A DNA stretch of 64,000 nucleotides from Candidatus Buchananbacteria bacterium. Lineage in GTDB: Bacteria; Patescibacteriota; Patescibacteriia; 2-01-FULL-39-33. Below, one piece after another: positions 10,501 to 19,367 of the stretch. How positions within the stretch are numbered: the stretch's first letter is position 1; each line of letters begins with the position of its first letter. The DNA lies in the NCBI GenBank assembly GCA_041666505.1, contig JBAYGU010000001.1, positions 477 to 64,476 on the forward strand, given 5' to 3'. A program made the position numbers and the translations under genes. The notes beneath the pieces were generated by a model, which saw only the letters and a program-made list of their open reading frames with translations, was not told where the DNA came from and did not search any database.

Positions 10501-10574
10501 TTCTCGACTATGGAATTCAATTTTGTTTCTGTCATAATGTAAGAATAATACCAAAAAATACCTCTAAAAGTCAA
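7506..10574 (-). CDS. ileS: Isoleucyl-tRNA synthetase (long, type-2-like, 1022 aa)
   Basis: HYGH (HIGH motif), a KMAKK (KMSKS-like) motif and a zinc-finger CxxC pair. Carries a 13-aa repeat-encoded insert (see repeat at 8456-8494). Confidence 0.9.
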   Translation of the reverse strand: MTFRGIFWYYSYIMTETKLNSIVENEHEVQEFWKTNKIFEQSLEQTKNGPAYSFYDGPPFATGTPHYGHLVGSAMKDVVPRYWTMKGYHVARRWGWDCHGLPIENIIEKQLGFKSKKDILKYGVDKFNEACRSKVLEYTEEWKITIGRFGRWADMDNPYKTMDLDYMETVWWVFKELYDKDLVYEGYKSMHVCPRCETTLSQQEVSEGYRDIKDLSATAKFELVDEPGTYVLAWTTTPWTLPANVALAVNPEKTYFKIKLDTEEPDKKDRLFILIKDNRLMALEPYGFKIIEEFSGQSLVGKKYRPLFPYYESAEAKAKLNNIDNLYTIVSADFVTTEDGTGVVHIAPAFGEDDMRLGKERNLPFIQNVTMSGNFTAEVTDFAGENVKPSEDTQKTDVMIIKYLAGKGLLFAKEKYEHSYPHCWRCDTPLINYATSSWFVKVTDVKDKAMKLAEDINWSPEHIKEGRFGKWLEGARDWSISRQRFWASVMPIWKCGCGEMKVYGSVAELEHDSGEKITDLHKHHIDKVTVKCHKCQGEMKRIPDVLDTWFDSGSMPYAQKHYPFENKKEFEHSFPAKFIAEGVDQTRAWFYYLHMIASAIKGSRAFDNVIVNGIVLAEDGKKMAKKLQNYPEPEVIMEKYGADALRYYLLSAPVMQAENMNFSEAGVKEAMQKVVMLLNNIISFYELYKTEDTSKPPLAPPFVKGEKNSQFDNVLDQWLLAKLDSLIAEVTKSMEAYDLPRSVRPIQEFIDEFSTWWLRRSRDRFKGEDEADKKQAIAAFRHAILELSKVMAPFTPFIAEQAYKRAGGELESVHLAKWPKVGKIGTDVLEQMEQVKKIVELGLASRAQNGIKIRQPLSKLEVYGMVMDEIYSKIIADEVNVKVVEFKKDLEIKSSEKPRSIHLEFNDTINLSGENIKDTIFSKNIRIVLYTELTEELKAEGVLRELVRTINGLRKDAGLTIQDRITIGWHSDGEIARKVFADPALSAELLKSVLADSVAEAENDEKPVNINGEKVKIKIVKV
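8456..8494. repeat. Partial palindromic mini-element (RPE-like half copy) inside the ileS coding sequence
   Basis: CTCCCCCTTTACGAAAGGGGGAGCTAGAGGGGGTTTT. The same unit occurs at 32806, 40967 and 50111. It is translated in frame as KPPLAPPFVKGEK. Confidence 0.65.
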
Positions 10575-10578
10575 CTAA

Positions 10579-10619
10579 AAACACCCCCGATCGCCGACTG
10601 GCGAAAATCGAAGGTGTTT
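10579..10619 (-). terminator. Hairpin terminator downstream of the ferredoxin gene
   Basis: AAACACC...GGTGTTT stem with an inner CGCCGACTGGCG hairpin, followed by a T-run on the minus strand. Confidence 0.4.
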
Positions 10620-10630
10620 AGAAATAATGA

Positions 10631-10825
10631 TTATTCCTTGGAAATGGCCTGTACTGGGCAAGCGCTGATAGATTCATCGATCTTGGCGACAAAGGCGTCA
10701 TAATCGGCTTCCAATACATGAGCGATCATTCGACCGTCAATTTCAGAAATCTTGAATACTTCAGGGCACAAGGCTTCGCAAGTGCCGCAAGCGATGCAGC
10801 TGTCGTTGATGACTGGTTTGGACAT
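10631..10825 (-). CDS. Small [4Fe-4S] ferredoxin
   Basis: CIACGTCEALCP plus a second cluster-binding half (SACPVQAI). Confidence 0.7.
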   Translation of the reverse strand: MSKPVINDSCIACGTCEALCPEVFKISEIDGRMIAHVLEADYDAFVAKIDESISACPVQAISKE

Positions 10826-10837
10826 AATTAACTATTG

Positions 10838-11221
10838 TTATTTATTTTTTAATATTTCTTTGACCTTCTGTGCCAGGGTTGCCGGCGTGTAATCGGATTT
10901 TATGAGGTAGCCGTTGACGCCTAATTTCTGCGCCTTTTCCTGATCCTTTTTCTGCGTCAAATTGCTCCAGATATAGACCTTGATTTTCTTCAAATCTTTA
11001 TCCTTCCTTATCTTAACAAATAATTCAAAACCGTCAATCTCCGGCATCATGACATCCAATAAAACCAGATCCGGCGTTTCTTGCTTCAAGACATCAATGG
11101 CCTTGGCGCTATCATTGATAACCACAGTCTCAATGCCGTCCATAACCAGCCGCATACTGTAAATTTCAGCCAAATCTTTTTCGTCCTCGATCAAGGCGAT
11201 TTTACATTTATTTTCAGACAT
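10838..11221 (-). CDS. Single-domain response regulator (CheY-like receiver)
   Basis: Receiver-domain pattern with phospho-acceptor context LLDVMMPEIDG. Confidence 0.75.
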   Translation of the reverse strand: MSENKCKIALIEDEKDLAEIYSMRLVMDGIETVVINDSAKAIDVLKQETPDLVLLDVMMPEIDGFELFVKIRKDKDLKKIKVYIWSNLTQKKDQEKAQKLGVNGYLIKSDYTPATLAQKVKEILKNK

Positions 11222-11287
11222 AATATTTGAGTATATAAAGATATTATATCACAAATCCTGGCAGAATTACACAATACTTTGACAATC

Positions 11288-12997
11288 CTACATCCGTTCA
11301 ACCGTATCGATGCCCAGTATGGCTAAGCCATTGATAAGCACCTGCCGGACGGAAACTATCAGTGCCAAACGCGCATCGCGGATATTTTCCTTCGACTTGA
11401 GAATCGGCACTTCCTGATAATAGCTGGAAAACTTCTTTGCCAGCTCGAACAGATACTGCGCCAACTGGCTCGGTTCGAATTCCGCTGCGGCATCGGCAAT
11501 GATTTCCGGAAACTGCGCCAGCTTGATGATTAATTCTTTTTCGTGCTGTTCTGTCAATAATAAATAATCCGCTGACTTTACATTATTGGATTCGGCTTTT
11601 CTTAAGATGCTATTAATGCGCGTTACGGTATATTGCAGATACGGCCCGGTATAGCCGTCGAACGACAGCGCTTCTTGCATGTCGAAAACGATGGCATTGC
11701 TGCGGCCGCTTTTGATCATCGAGAACTTGATGGCAGAAAGCGCGATTTTTTCCGCAGTTTTCTTCACTTCCTCCTCCGGCCAATCCTCATGGCGCTTCTT
11801 CGTTTCTTCTTCGGCCGCTTTAAGCATCTCGCCGAAAAAATCCTCAAATAATACGACGTTGCCTTTGCGTGATGACATCGCCCCTTCCGCCAAGGTAACA
11901 AATTCATAAGCGATCAAAGCCGTTTTCTTCTTAAAGCCGATGACTTCGAGCGTCTTGAAGAACTGCTTGAAGTAAAAGCTTTGCCGGCTATCGATGACTA
12001 CATATGACGCATCAATTTTGTATTTCTCAAATTTCAATTTGGCCAGCGCCAGCTCCTTAGTAGAGTAAAGCGACGAGCCGTCTGACTTCAAGAGTAGTAA
12101 TTGCTTCAAACCGTATTTATCCAAATCGATAATAACTGCGCCTTGTGAACGCTCGGCGATCTTTTTTTCCAAAAGCTCCGCCACCATTAATTTGCCCGGC
12201 TTTTCGACTTCGCTTTCATAAAAAAACTTGTCGAACTTAACGCCCAGAGTCTTATAGATGCCGTCGAATTCTTCCAATGACCAAGTGCGGGTTTTTTTCC
12301 ATAGCGCGGTAAAATATTTATCGCCGCTTTCCAATTTCTTCTGCACTTCGGCGGCTTCCTTCTTATTCTCCTCGCTCGCTTCGCACAGATTGACCGCCTC
12401 AGTATAAAGTTTGCCTAAGTACTGCCCCTTATGCTCTGCCGGCTCCGGTTCATCCTTGTGGAATTTATCCAGCGCCCAAAGAGTCTTGGCGACGTGCGAG
12501 CCGATATCGCCGATGTAATTGGCAGCGATTACCTTCTTGCCGAAAAACCGATATAAATTTACCAGCGATGAGCCCAAAACCACATTCCTCAGATGCCCGA
12601 TATGGAATTCCTTATGAGTATTAGGCTGGGAATATTCGATCATCACTTTTTCCTTGTCGGATTTGATGGCACCGTAAGCGCTGCCCTTCTTCTCGATTTC
12701 CTTCAGCACTTTAGCCGGCAGCAATTTATCATTCAGATAAAAATTCAGATACGGCCCGAGATTCTGCACCGATTTGATCATGCCTTTGGGGCGGATCTTA
12801 TCCTTCAATTCCTGCGCGATCTGGTTCGGCGAGATTCTCAGAAGCTTAGTCAAATAAAAGCAAGGCACGGAAAAATCACCCATACCAGGCTCGGGCGGAC
12901 GGGTTATCTCCAGTTTTGACTTATCGATCTCTTGGCCGACCGCTCCCGCAACCGCCTCGATAATCTCATGTTTGATTTTTTCTATGGCGTAATCCAT
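11288..12997 (-). CDS. argS: Arginyl-tRNA synthetase
   Basis: HIGH motif (HIGHLRN) and a DALR anticodon-binding C-terminus ending ...DTVERM. Confidence 0.9.
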   Translation of the reverse strand: MDYAIEKIKHEIIEAVAGAVGQEIDKSKLEITRPPEPGMGDFSVPCFYLTKLLRISPNQIAQELKDKIRPKGMIKSVQNLGPYLNFYLNDKLLPAKVLKEIEKKGSAYGAIKSDKEKVMIEYSQPNTHKEFHIGHLRNVVLGSSLVNLYRFFGKKVIAANYIGDIGSHVAKTLWALDKFHKDEPEPAEHKGQYLGKLYTEAVNLCEASEENKKEAAEVQKKLESGDKYFTALWKKTRTWSLEEFDGIYKTLGVKFDKFFYESEVEKPGKLMVAELLEKKIAERSQGAVIIDLDKYGLKQLLLLKSDGSSLYSTKELALAKLKFEKYKIDASYVVIDSRQSFYFKQFFKTLEVIGFKKKTALIAYEFVTLAEGAMSSRKGNVVLFEDFFGEMLKAAEEETKKRHEDWPEEEVKKTAEKIALSAIKFSMIKSGRSNAIVFDMQEALSFDGYTGPYLQYTVTRINSILRKAESNNVKSADYLLLTEQHEKELIIKLAQFPEIIADAAAEFEPSQLAQYLFELAKKFSSYYQEVPILKSKENIRDARLALIVSVRQVLINGLAILGIDTVERM

Positions 12998-13092
12998 ACC
13001 AAAACTATAGCAAAAATATGCTTAAATATCAAGATTAATGCTTTACAAATAAAAAAGGCACAGACTTCATAGTCCGCGCCATAAATGTGCGT

Positions 13093-13827
13093 TTATTCCT
13101 GTTTTGCTTCCGGCTGATCCAATTTATCCAGCCAATCCTGCAGCTGCAGCCTCATGGTAAAATCTGCGCAAGTGGGCAGCCATTCTTTGACCGCCTCCAG
13201 ACCGACCACAACCTGCCAATCACATTCGCTTGTTATCATGTGCAACAGGGAATAAATCAATTTCTGCAATTCGGGTAAAACAACATCCTGTTCATTGTCT
13301 GTATTTGATGACACAATATTCCCGCCGCTTTCCAAACTACTCATTTTTTTGACATACACATACATGGTGTCTGATTCAAAGTTAAAATACAACCGACCGT
13401 CTTCTAAAATACCAAAATCCACCGCGTAATGCGGAACAGGCCCAAGCGGCGGTATTAGCGGCATCATTAACCCCGATCCAGATAATATATCATCAGCGCT
13501 CATGTAATGTTTCATGGATCTCTCACGAGTCTCGCGATGAATGATAAATACCGGCTCGCCCTTATGCAAGGATACCTCTTGATATAAATCCTTAAGATAC
13601 TTCGATACTAAACCGCCAGAGAAATTAGTTTTATCCATTAAGCTAGGATGAAGCGCCAGATAATCCGTTATAATGTCACCTGTTGATTCGCCCGCCCCGA
13701 TTCTAACGGCCAAAGCTTCCAAATCAGCTCTTTTTCTTTCCTTGGCCGCCTGGGTCTGCTGATCCAATCGGGCAACCAATTCTTCTGTGCACATTATCTG
13801 CTTAAACAACTTTTCCGCCTCACTCAT
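13093..13827 (-). CDS. Hypothetical protein (244 aa)
   Basis: Long ORF with no recognisable motifs and slightly elevated GC. Confidence 0.4.
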   Translation of the reverse strand: MSEAEKLFKQIMCTEELVARLDQQTQAAKERKRADLEALAVRIGAGESTGDIITDYLALHPSLMDKTNFSGGLVSKYLKDLYQEVSLHKGEPVFIIHRETRERSMKHYMSADDILSGSGLMMPLIPPLGPVPHYAVDFGILEDGRLYFNFESDTMYVYVKKMSSLESGGNIVSSNTDNEQDVVLPELQKLIYSLLHMITSECDWQVVVGLEAVKEWLPTCADFTMRLQLQDWLDKLDQPEAKQE

Positions 13828-13993
13828 GACAAATCCTCCTCCGTTGTTGTTTTAAATACCCAAATTGATTTAATCAATTGTAATATGCGATATTTACAAA
13901 CAAATACTAGCATCAGATCGCCATTTCGTCAATCCTCCCATTAGAATTGACTAAAATGCGCGAAAAGAGTATATTTCAATAAAGATACCAATC

Positions 13994-14093
13994 TACGAAT
14001 GGTACGAATAATACTAATGAATACGAATTTTTATTGAATTTATTCGTACCTATTTGTATCATTAGTAAATTAGTATATTCGTATCTTTCAAAT
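13994..14093 (+). promoter_or_regulatory. Cluster of five TACGAAT/ATTCGTA heptamer repeats in the thrS leader
   Basis: Three direct copies (13994, 14003, 14022) and two inverted copies (14042, 14087) within 100 bp upstream of the thrS ATG. The same motif is triplicated upstream of ymdB. Confidence 0.35.
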
Positions 14094-14102
14094 AATAAAA
14101 AT

Positions 14103-15833
14103 ATGTCCAAAAACAACGAGGCTTTAGACAAAATCCGCCACTCGACTTCGCACATACTGGCTTACGCCGTGCGTGAGCTTTTCGGCGAGGAAGTAAAATT
14201 TGCCATCGGCCCGACGATCGATGACGGCTTTTATTACGATTTTGATTTAAATGATCAAACTTTCACGCCGGAAGACCTGAAGAAAATCGAGAAAAAGATG
14301 GAAGAAATTATCAAGAAGAAACTGCCGTTCGAAAAATCAGAGCTATCGATCGCCGATGCGGAAAAGAAAATGTCCGGCCAACCGTATAAGCTGGAACTGA
14401 CCAAAGACTTAGCGGCCGCTGGAGAATCAACAGTCAGTTTTTACACTGTCGGAGATTTTACCGATCTCTGCCGCGGCCCTCATGTCGAAACCACCAAGGA
14501 GCTCGGCGCTTTAAAATTAATGAAAATCGCCGGCGCTTATTGGAAAGGCAACGAAAAGAATAAGATGCTGCAAAGGATCTACGGCACGGCCTTCGAAACA
14601 AAAGATCAATTAGCCGAATATCTTAAAATCTTGGAAGAAGCGGAAAAACGCGATCACAGAAAATTAGGCAAGGAGTTAGGTTTGATTTCCTTCCACGATG
14701 AAGGCCCCGGCTTTCCTTTCTTTAAACCGAAGGGCATGGTTATTTGGAATGAGCTTTTGAACTACTGGCGCGAAATGCATGAAGCGGCAGGCTATGATGA
14801 GATCAAGACGCCGATAATGCTCTCCCAGCACCTCTGGGAGACTTCCGGCCATTGGACCAATTATCGCGAGAACATGTATGAGACAATCATCGACGAAACC
14901 AAATTCGCCATCAAGCCGATGAATTGTCCGGGCGGATTCCTGATGTACAAGGAAGACATACATTCCTATCGCGAACTGCCGCTGAGATGGGGCGAGATCG
15001 GCTTAGTGCATCGCCATGAACTCTCCGGCGTCTTGTCCGGGCTGTTCCGCGTCCGCGCTTTCCATCAGGACGATGCGCACATCTTCATGCGGCCCGACCA
15101 GATCAAAGACGAGATTTTGGGCGTCTTGAATCTAGTTGATAAGATGTACGCCACCTTCGGCCTGACATATACTCTGGAACTTTCCACTAAGCCGGAAAAA
15201 GCCATCGGCTCCGATGAGGCTTGGGAAACGGCTACCGCCGGTTTGACGGAAGCGTTAAACAGCACTGGCAAGGAATACGAAATCAATGAGGGCGACGGCG
15301 CTTTCTACGGTCCGAAAATCGACATCAAGATCAAAGACGCCATCGGCCGGACTTGGCAATGCGGCACCATCCAGCTCGATATGAATATGCCTGACCGCTT
15401 CGATCTGACTTACACCGATTCCGACGGACAGGAAAAGCGTCCGGTCATGATCCATCGCGTCATTTACGGCTCGATGGAAAGGTTCTTCGGCGTGCTCATC
15501 GAGCACTTTGCCGGCGCTTTCCCGCTCTGGCTCTCTCCGGTGCAGGCGATGATCATTCCGGTCTCGGAAAAATTCAATGATTACGGCGATAAAGTATTTG
15601 CTGATATGAAGGCCGCCGGCATCCGCGTCGAAATCGATAAATCCGATGAATCGCTGGGCAAGCGCATCAGGAACGCGGAGAAGCAAAAGACTCCCTACAT
15701 ATTAGTCGTGGGCGAAAAGGAAGTCGAAGCGAAAACGATCGCCGTCCGCAAGCGCAGCGAAGGCGATCTCGGTAGCAAGGATACAAATGAATTCATCGAA
15801 GAAATAAAAAATGAAATTGCGGATAAGAAATAG
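14103..15833 (+). CDS. thrS: Threonyl-tRNA synthetase (lacks N-terminal TGS domain)
   Basis: HSTSHILA editing-domain motif and the class II core RDHRKLGKELGL..FHDEGPGFPFF. Start is taken at ATG 14103 (MSKNNE...) rather than the track's upstream TTG start at 14034. Confidence 0.9.
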   Translation: MSKNNEALDKIRHSTSHILAYAVRELFGEEVKFAIGPTIDDGFYYDFDLNDQTFTPEDLKKIEKKMEEIIKKKLPFEKSELSIADAEKKMSGQPYKLELTKDLAAAGESTVSFYTVGDFTDLCRGPHVETTKELGALKLMKIAGAYWKGNEKNKMLQRIYGTAFETKDQLAEYLKILEEAEKRDHRKLGKELGLISFHDEGPGFPFFKPKGMVIWNELLNYWREMHEAAGYDEIKTPIMLSQHLWETSGHWTNYRENMYETIIDETKFAIKPMNCPGGFLMYKEDIHSYRELPLRWGEIGLVHRHELSGVLSGLFRVRAFHQDDAHIFMRPDQIKDEILGVLNLVDKMYATFGLTYTLELSTKPEKAIGSDEAWETATAGLTEALNSTGKEYEINEGDGAFYGPKIDIKIKDAIGRTWQCGTIQLDMNMPDRFDLTYTDSDGQEKRPVMIHRVIYGSMERFFGVLIEHFAGAFPLWLSPVQAMIIPVSEKFNDYGDKVFADMKAAGIRVEIDKSDESLGKRIRNAEKQKTPYILVVGEKEVEAKTIAVRKRSEGDLGSKDTNEFIEEIKNEIADKK

Positions 15834-15905
15834 CATAAAAAAAATCACCTTGGATTATACCAAGGTGATTTTAATTGCGAGCAATCTTTCTATCTTCCAA
15901 GCCGC

Positions 15906-16340
15906 TCATATGCGATCAATAAACAGCGCGGCTTTTTCCAAAAGCTTCTTGATGTCTTCATGCTTGGCTGATTTGATCGCTTCCGGCAAGCTCATCCAAG
16001 ATCCGCTCAAGCCTTCGGCCTGCCTTTCGCTTGTTTCTGCAAAATCATTCTCTAGCAGCTTGGCGAGATAATAATAGATGACTTTGAAGGCTTTTTCCCC
16101 GTCCAATTCGAATTCGAATTCGATCTTGCCGAGCAATCCGCCATCGACCAATTCGATATCCTTATATCCCGTCTCTTCCGTTATTTCTCGCAAAGCGGCC
16201 TATTCCACGCTCTCGCCTTCTTCGACGTGGCCTTTCGGCAGGAGCCATTCGTCGCGCTCCTTCTTATAAATCATATAGACTTTCTTCTGCCGCGGATCAT
16301 ATAATACTCCTCCGGCCGTAACATGTGTTTTCATATTCAT
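15906..16340 (-). pseudogene. Nudix hydrolase interrupted by an in-frame TAG inside the Nudix box
   Basis: ATG 16340 overlaps the upstream gene stop (ATGA). Translation reads ...GHVEEGESVE-TAG(16200-16202)-AALREITEETGY, a perfect GX5EX7REUXEEXGU box except for the stop at a position usually E or Q. Confidence 0.5.
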
Positions 16341-17176
16341 ATATTATTCCTGATAGCAGCTGTTATGGCTTTTGCTTCTCCTTGCGCATAATAGCAAGGT
16401 AAAATTTTAGTTAATCTGCCGATCAAGACATTACGTTTTCTAGCGAGAAGAATATTATCCAACGGAGGCAACGGCTCGATATTTGAAAAAACCCGTCTTG
16501 ATGTGCCCCTAATCTTCCTGTTCATCTCTTCGAACAGATGCCAGTCGAATTTCTCACTCGTCCATCTATCCCAACTTAGTTCATTGGGGACGGAAGTGAC
16601 AAAAGGGTAAACAAACATTGCTATCGGCAATTCCATCTTTTTGCGCAAAGCTAACTTATCATAAACATTCTTTTTACCCTTATTAAAATAAGCGCTGCCA
16701 ACTCCCCCGACGACCATTGAATGCTTCAAGTCAATGACGACTTTTTCGTCAGCAAACCAAATACAATCCGCTTGTTCGCTGAAATACTTAGCTAAAGCAG
16801 TCTTGCCCATACCGCTGGCGCCGCCCCAAAAAATAATCGCCCTTCCTCCGACTTCGACTGCCGCGCCATGCATACAATAGTAGCCTCTGCTTTGTCTAGC
16901 ACGTTCCAATAAATATTCCGCCAGCGATAAGACATCATTGACATCAACTGACTTATTTCGATATTCAGCCCGAGGATATTTTAACATTATTCGACTCGCT
17001 CCTCTTTCTAAATCCAATATCACATCTGTTTTATTTCCCGATTGATCGATAATTACCTCAGGAATATAACGATATAAAAAATCAGACTTAATCAGTTTTT
17101 CAATATCTTCTGGATTATTGCTCCTCACCAATACCGATGCGCCGCATGAGCTAATTCTTAGAAAATGTCTTTTCAT
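16337..17176 (-). CDS. HPr kinase C-terminal-domain-like P-loop protein
   Basis: HGAAVEVGGRAIIFWGGASGMGKTALAKYF matches the HprK core (hG..v...G.GvLi.G.SG.GKS..AL). Confidence 0.5.
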   Translation of the reverse strand: MKRHFLRISSCGASVLVRSNNPEDIEKLIKSDFLYRYIPEVIIDQSGNKTDVILDLERGASRIMLKYPRAEYRNKSVDVNDVLSLAEYLLERARQSRGYYCMHGAAVEVGGRAIIFWGGASGMGKTALAKYFSEQADCIWFADEKVVIDLKHSMVVGGVGSAYFNKGKKNVYDKLALRKKMELPIAMFVYPFVTSVPNELSWDRWTSEKFDWHLFEEMNRKIRGTSRRVFSNIEPLPPLDNILLARKRNVLIGRLTKILPCYYAQGEAKAITAAIRNNI

Positions 17177-18269
17177 AAATTTTTTCCACTTGTTTGATTC
17201 TTATTTGCCAGCTCCATTTGCCCGCAGCCGCTATTCTGGCATTTCTGCCAAGACTGTCAGCTAAAACAGAGTCAGCCAACAATCTGTTCATTGCTTCGGC
17301 TAATGCGATGGCATTTCGGGGAGCGACCAATAATCCGTTACCGCCATTTTTTAAATATTCCGACATGCTGCAAGCAGTAGTGGTTATGACTGGCCGACCG
17401 CAAGCTCCAGCCTCCAGCATAGTAGTTAATATTCCCTCACGGTCATATGAGGGCAATACTACCATTAAGGCTGAATTATAAAGCGAGGGCAAATCCTCAT
17501 CTTTAACGTAACCGAGAAAATGAACATTTTGGGTCAATTTTTTTTCCTTGGCCAACTTACGCAAATTGCCCTCTTCTGGCCCACTACCAGCTATGGCAAC
17601 CCTTATCGCCTTATTTCTTAACTTGGCCAATGCCTCGATCAAATAATTGATTCCCTTGGTTTCAATAAGCCTTCCAACATAAAGCGCGTCATATTCGATA
17701 TCCGTCTTCATCGGGATAAAATGATCAGCATCAATTCCATTAACGGCCACGGAAATTGTTCTTATCGGCGCCATATCCAGCCATTTTTGCTTTATCAATT
17801 CTGAAACGGAAATAAATGCTGAAGGAATCGTTGCGCACAGATCATGCATGTAATTGCTTTGCAGCGGATATCCATGAAGATGCAGAACCGACTTCTGGCC
17901 GAAAGGCACCGCGATAGAATCTAAATAATTATGGACGGCTATTAAATCAAAATGCTGACGTAAAAAATAGCAATAAGCTAATCTGCCGACATGTAAGCTC
18001 TCATAATCCCACCGTATCCATCTCTGACCAGGTAGTTCGCCATAAATCCACTCAAATTCTTCCGGCAAATCAATATAAGCTACCTTAACTTGAGGATTTT
18101 CCTTAAGAAATTTCAAAAAATATCCGCTGGATTTTATATATTTTGCCCGGACAGTCACCAGCGTCACTTGATGACCTGCCAATGAAAGGAATTTTGCATG
18201 CTGCAAAGGAACGACTTCTCCGCCTCCGACATAATAGCTGGCTCTCGGCTGATATATGGCAATTTTCAT
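17151..18269 (-). CDS. Glycosyltransferase family 4 (GT-B, group 1)
   Basis: C-terminal GT1 signature ...PSYDREGILTTMLEAGACGRPVITT. Confidence 0.75.
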   Translation of the reverse strand: MKIAIYQPRASYYVGGGEVVPLQHAKFLSLAGHQVTLVTVRAKYIKSSGYFLKFLKENPQVKVAYIDLPEEFEWIYGELPGQRWIRWDYESLHVGRLAYCYFLRQHFDLIAVHNYLDSIAVPFGQKSVLHLHGYPLQSNYMHDLCATIPSAFISVSELIKQKWLDMAPIRTISVAVNGIDADHFIPMKTDIEYDALYVGRLIETKGINYLIEALAKLRNKAIRVAIAGSGPEEGNLRKLAKEKKLTQNVHFLGYVKDEDLPSLYNSALMVVLPSYDREGILTTMLEAGACGRPVITTTACSMSEYLKNGGNGLLVAPRNAIALAEAMNRLLADSVLADSLGRNARIAAAGKWSWQIRIKQVEKIYEKTFSKN

Positions 18270-18769
18270 AGTCGATTCCTTTCAAAAAATCTTATGAATG
18301 ATTCAATCTGCGCCTGGCCGGTAACCGATGATTTCATCCATTCGATATATTCCGGCAATTCCGCAGGAGAAACGAAATTACGTTCCGACGTTTCAAACTC
18401 AGCTCTGAATTCTCCGATATCAGATAATCTGCAAAAAAATCGCAATTGGAAATATTCCCGGCCTTCGATCGAATCATTGTTCGGATCATTGACTTCGACA
18501 TAGCCTATAAGCTTAAAATCTTTTATGGAGCAATCAGCCTCTTCCATAATCTCTCTTTTCAGCGACTCCTCCAATGTCTCTCCTGATTCCGGATGTCCTC
18601 CCGGCAATCCCCATCCGTGTTTATTCTTTATGATTAAAACCTTATCCTCGTTATCCAGACAAAAAGCGCTAACTTGGGAAATATTTTTTCCGACAGGAAT
18701 ATTTTCTGCTTCTTGCCAAGTGAGCGTAAGATCTCTGCCTGCAAATGTCGTTTTTTCGCTGATTAGCAT
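18266..18769 (-). CDS. Nudix hydrolase (intact)
   Basis: Nudix box GGHPESGETLEESLKREIMEEAD. Confidence 0.75.
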   Translation of the reverse strand: MLISEKTTFAGRDLTLTWQEAENIPVGKNISQVSAFCLDNEDKVLIIKNKHGWGLPGGHPESGETLEESLKREIMEEADCSIKDFKLIGYVEVNDPNNDSIEGREYFQLRFFCRLSDIGEFRAEFETSERNFVSPAELPEYIEWMKSSVTGQAQIESFIRFFERNRL

Positions 18770-18782
18770 AAATAATATTTTA

Positions 18783-19367
18783 TTAATTTTCGTTGAATAT
18801 TTCCCAAAGCTCCGTCGGCAGATTGCCTTTCTTCTTTAATCGATCGAATTTATCTCCCAATATCATCCTTAAATCACTTAATGCCTCATCTGCGCTGTCT
18901 GCTGTATGGATGACATTCTTCTGCGTCAGAACGACTGATAATTCGTCCTGCCGCGGATGAGCGCCATTCTGCCACAGCTTTAGATCCTCATCGGATACTT
19001 TTGAATCCCGCTGTAATTTCTGCCTGATAACACCGTCACCCGTTTCTTTTTTTTTCAGACTGGACAATACCCGTTGGGCTTCCAAGCCGTCGCCTCCGAC
19101 CAGCAAAACAATCACCTCATGACTAGACAGATATTTTCTCATTGCCGGATAAAAATGCTGATTGATTGAATCAGCATAAATATAATCGACCGCTTGCGGC
19201 GATAATTTTACTTTATCTTCATAAACGATCATTAAGCCGTTTTCTTTTAAAATAGATTCTATCGCCGGCAAATCATCTATATATTCCGGCTTTATGAAAG
19301 CAAATGCTATTTCCTTTTTGGGCATTAAGTCTTTGATTTCTTGCCCTGGCGGATATTCTCTTATCAT
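18783..19367 (-). CDS. Nucleoside-diphosphate-kinase-like protein (divergent, N-terminal extension)
   Basis: AFAFIKPEY (compare NDK FIMIKPDG) and NVIHTADS (compare NDK NIIHGSDS, catalytic His). Confidence 0.5.
   Translation of the reverse strand: MIREYPPGQEIKDLMPKKEIAFAFIKPEYIDDLPAIESILKENGLMIVYEDKVKLSPQAVDYIYADSINQHFYPAMRKYLSSHEVIVLLVGGDGLEAQRVLSSLKKKETGDGVIRQKLQRDSKVSDEDLKLWQNGAHPRQDELSVVLTQKNVIHTADSADEALSDLRMILGDKFDRLKKKGNLPTELWEIFNEN

Noticed and set aside
14034-14102. Track's longer thrS N-terminus (MNLFVPICIISKLVYSYLSNNKN) starting at TTG 14034
   Set aside because: The extension is hydrophobic and non-homologous to ThrRS, and it overlaps the heptamer-repeat leader. ATG 14103 (MSKNNEALDK...) gives a sensible N-terminus, so the extension was judged spurious.
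13984-14102. T-box riboswitch upstream of thrS
   Set aside because: No T-box consensus (AGGGUGGNACCGCG) or specifier-loop architecture is visible. Only the heptamer repeats are present, so this is reported as an unspecified regulatory repeat instead.
16200-16202. Possibility of genome-wide stop-codon recoding (for example code 25, or TAG reassignment)
   Set aside because: TGA (for example 16337-16339 and 4780-4782), TAG (thrS and the ORF ending at 4735) and TAA (ileS) all terminate well-supported genes at the expected positions. The Nudix TAG is therefore a local event, not a reassigned code.
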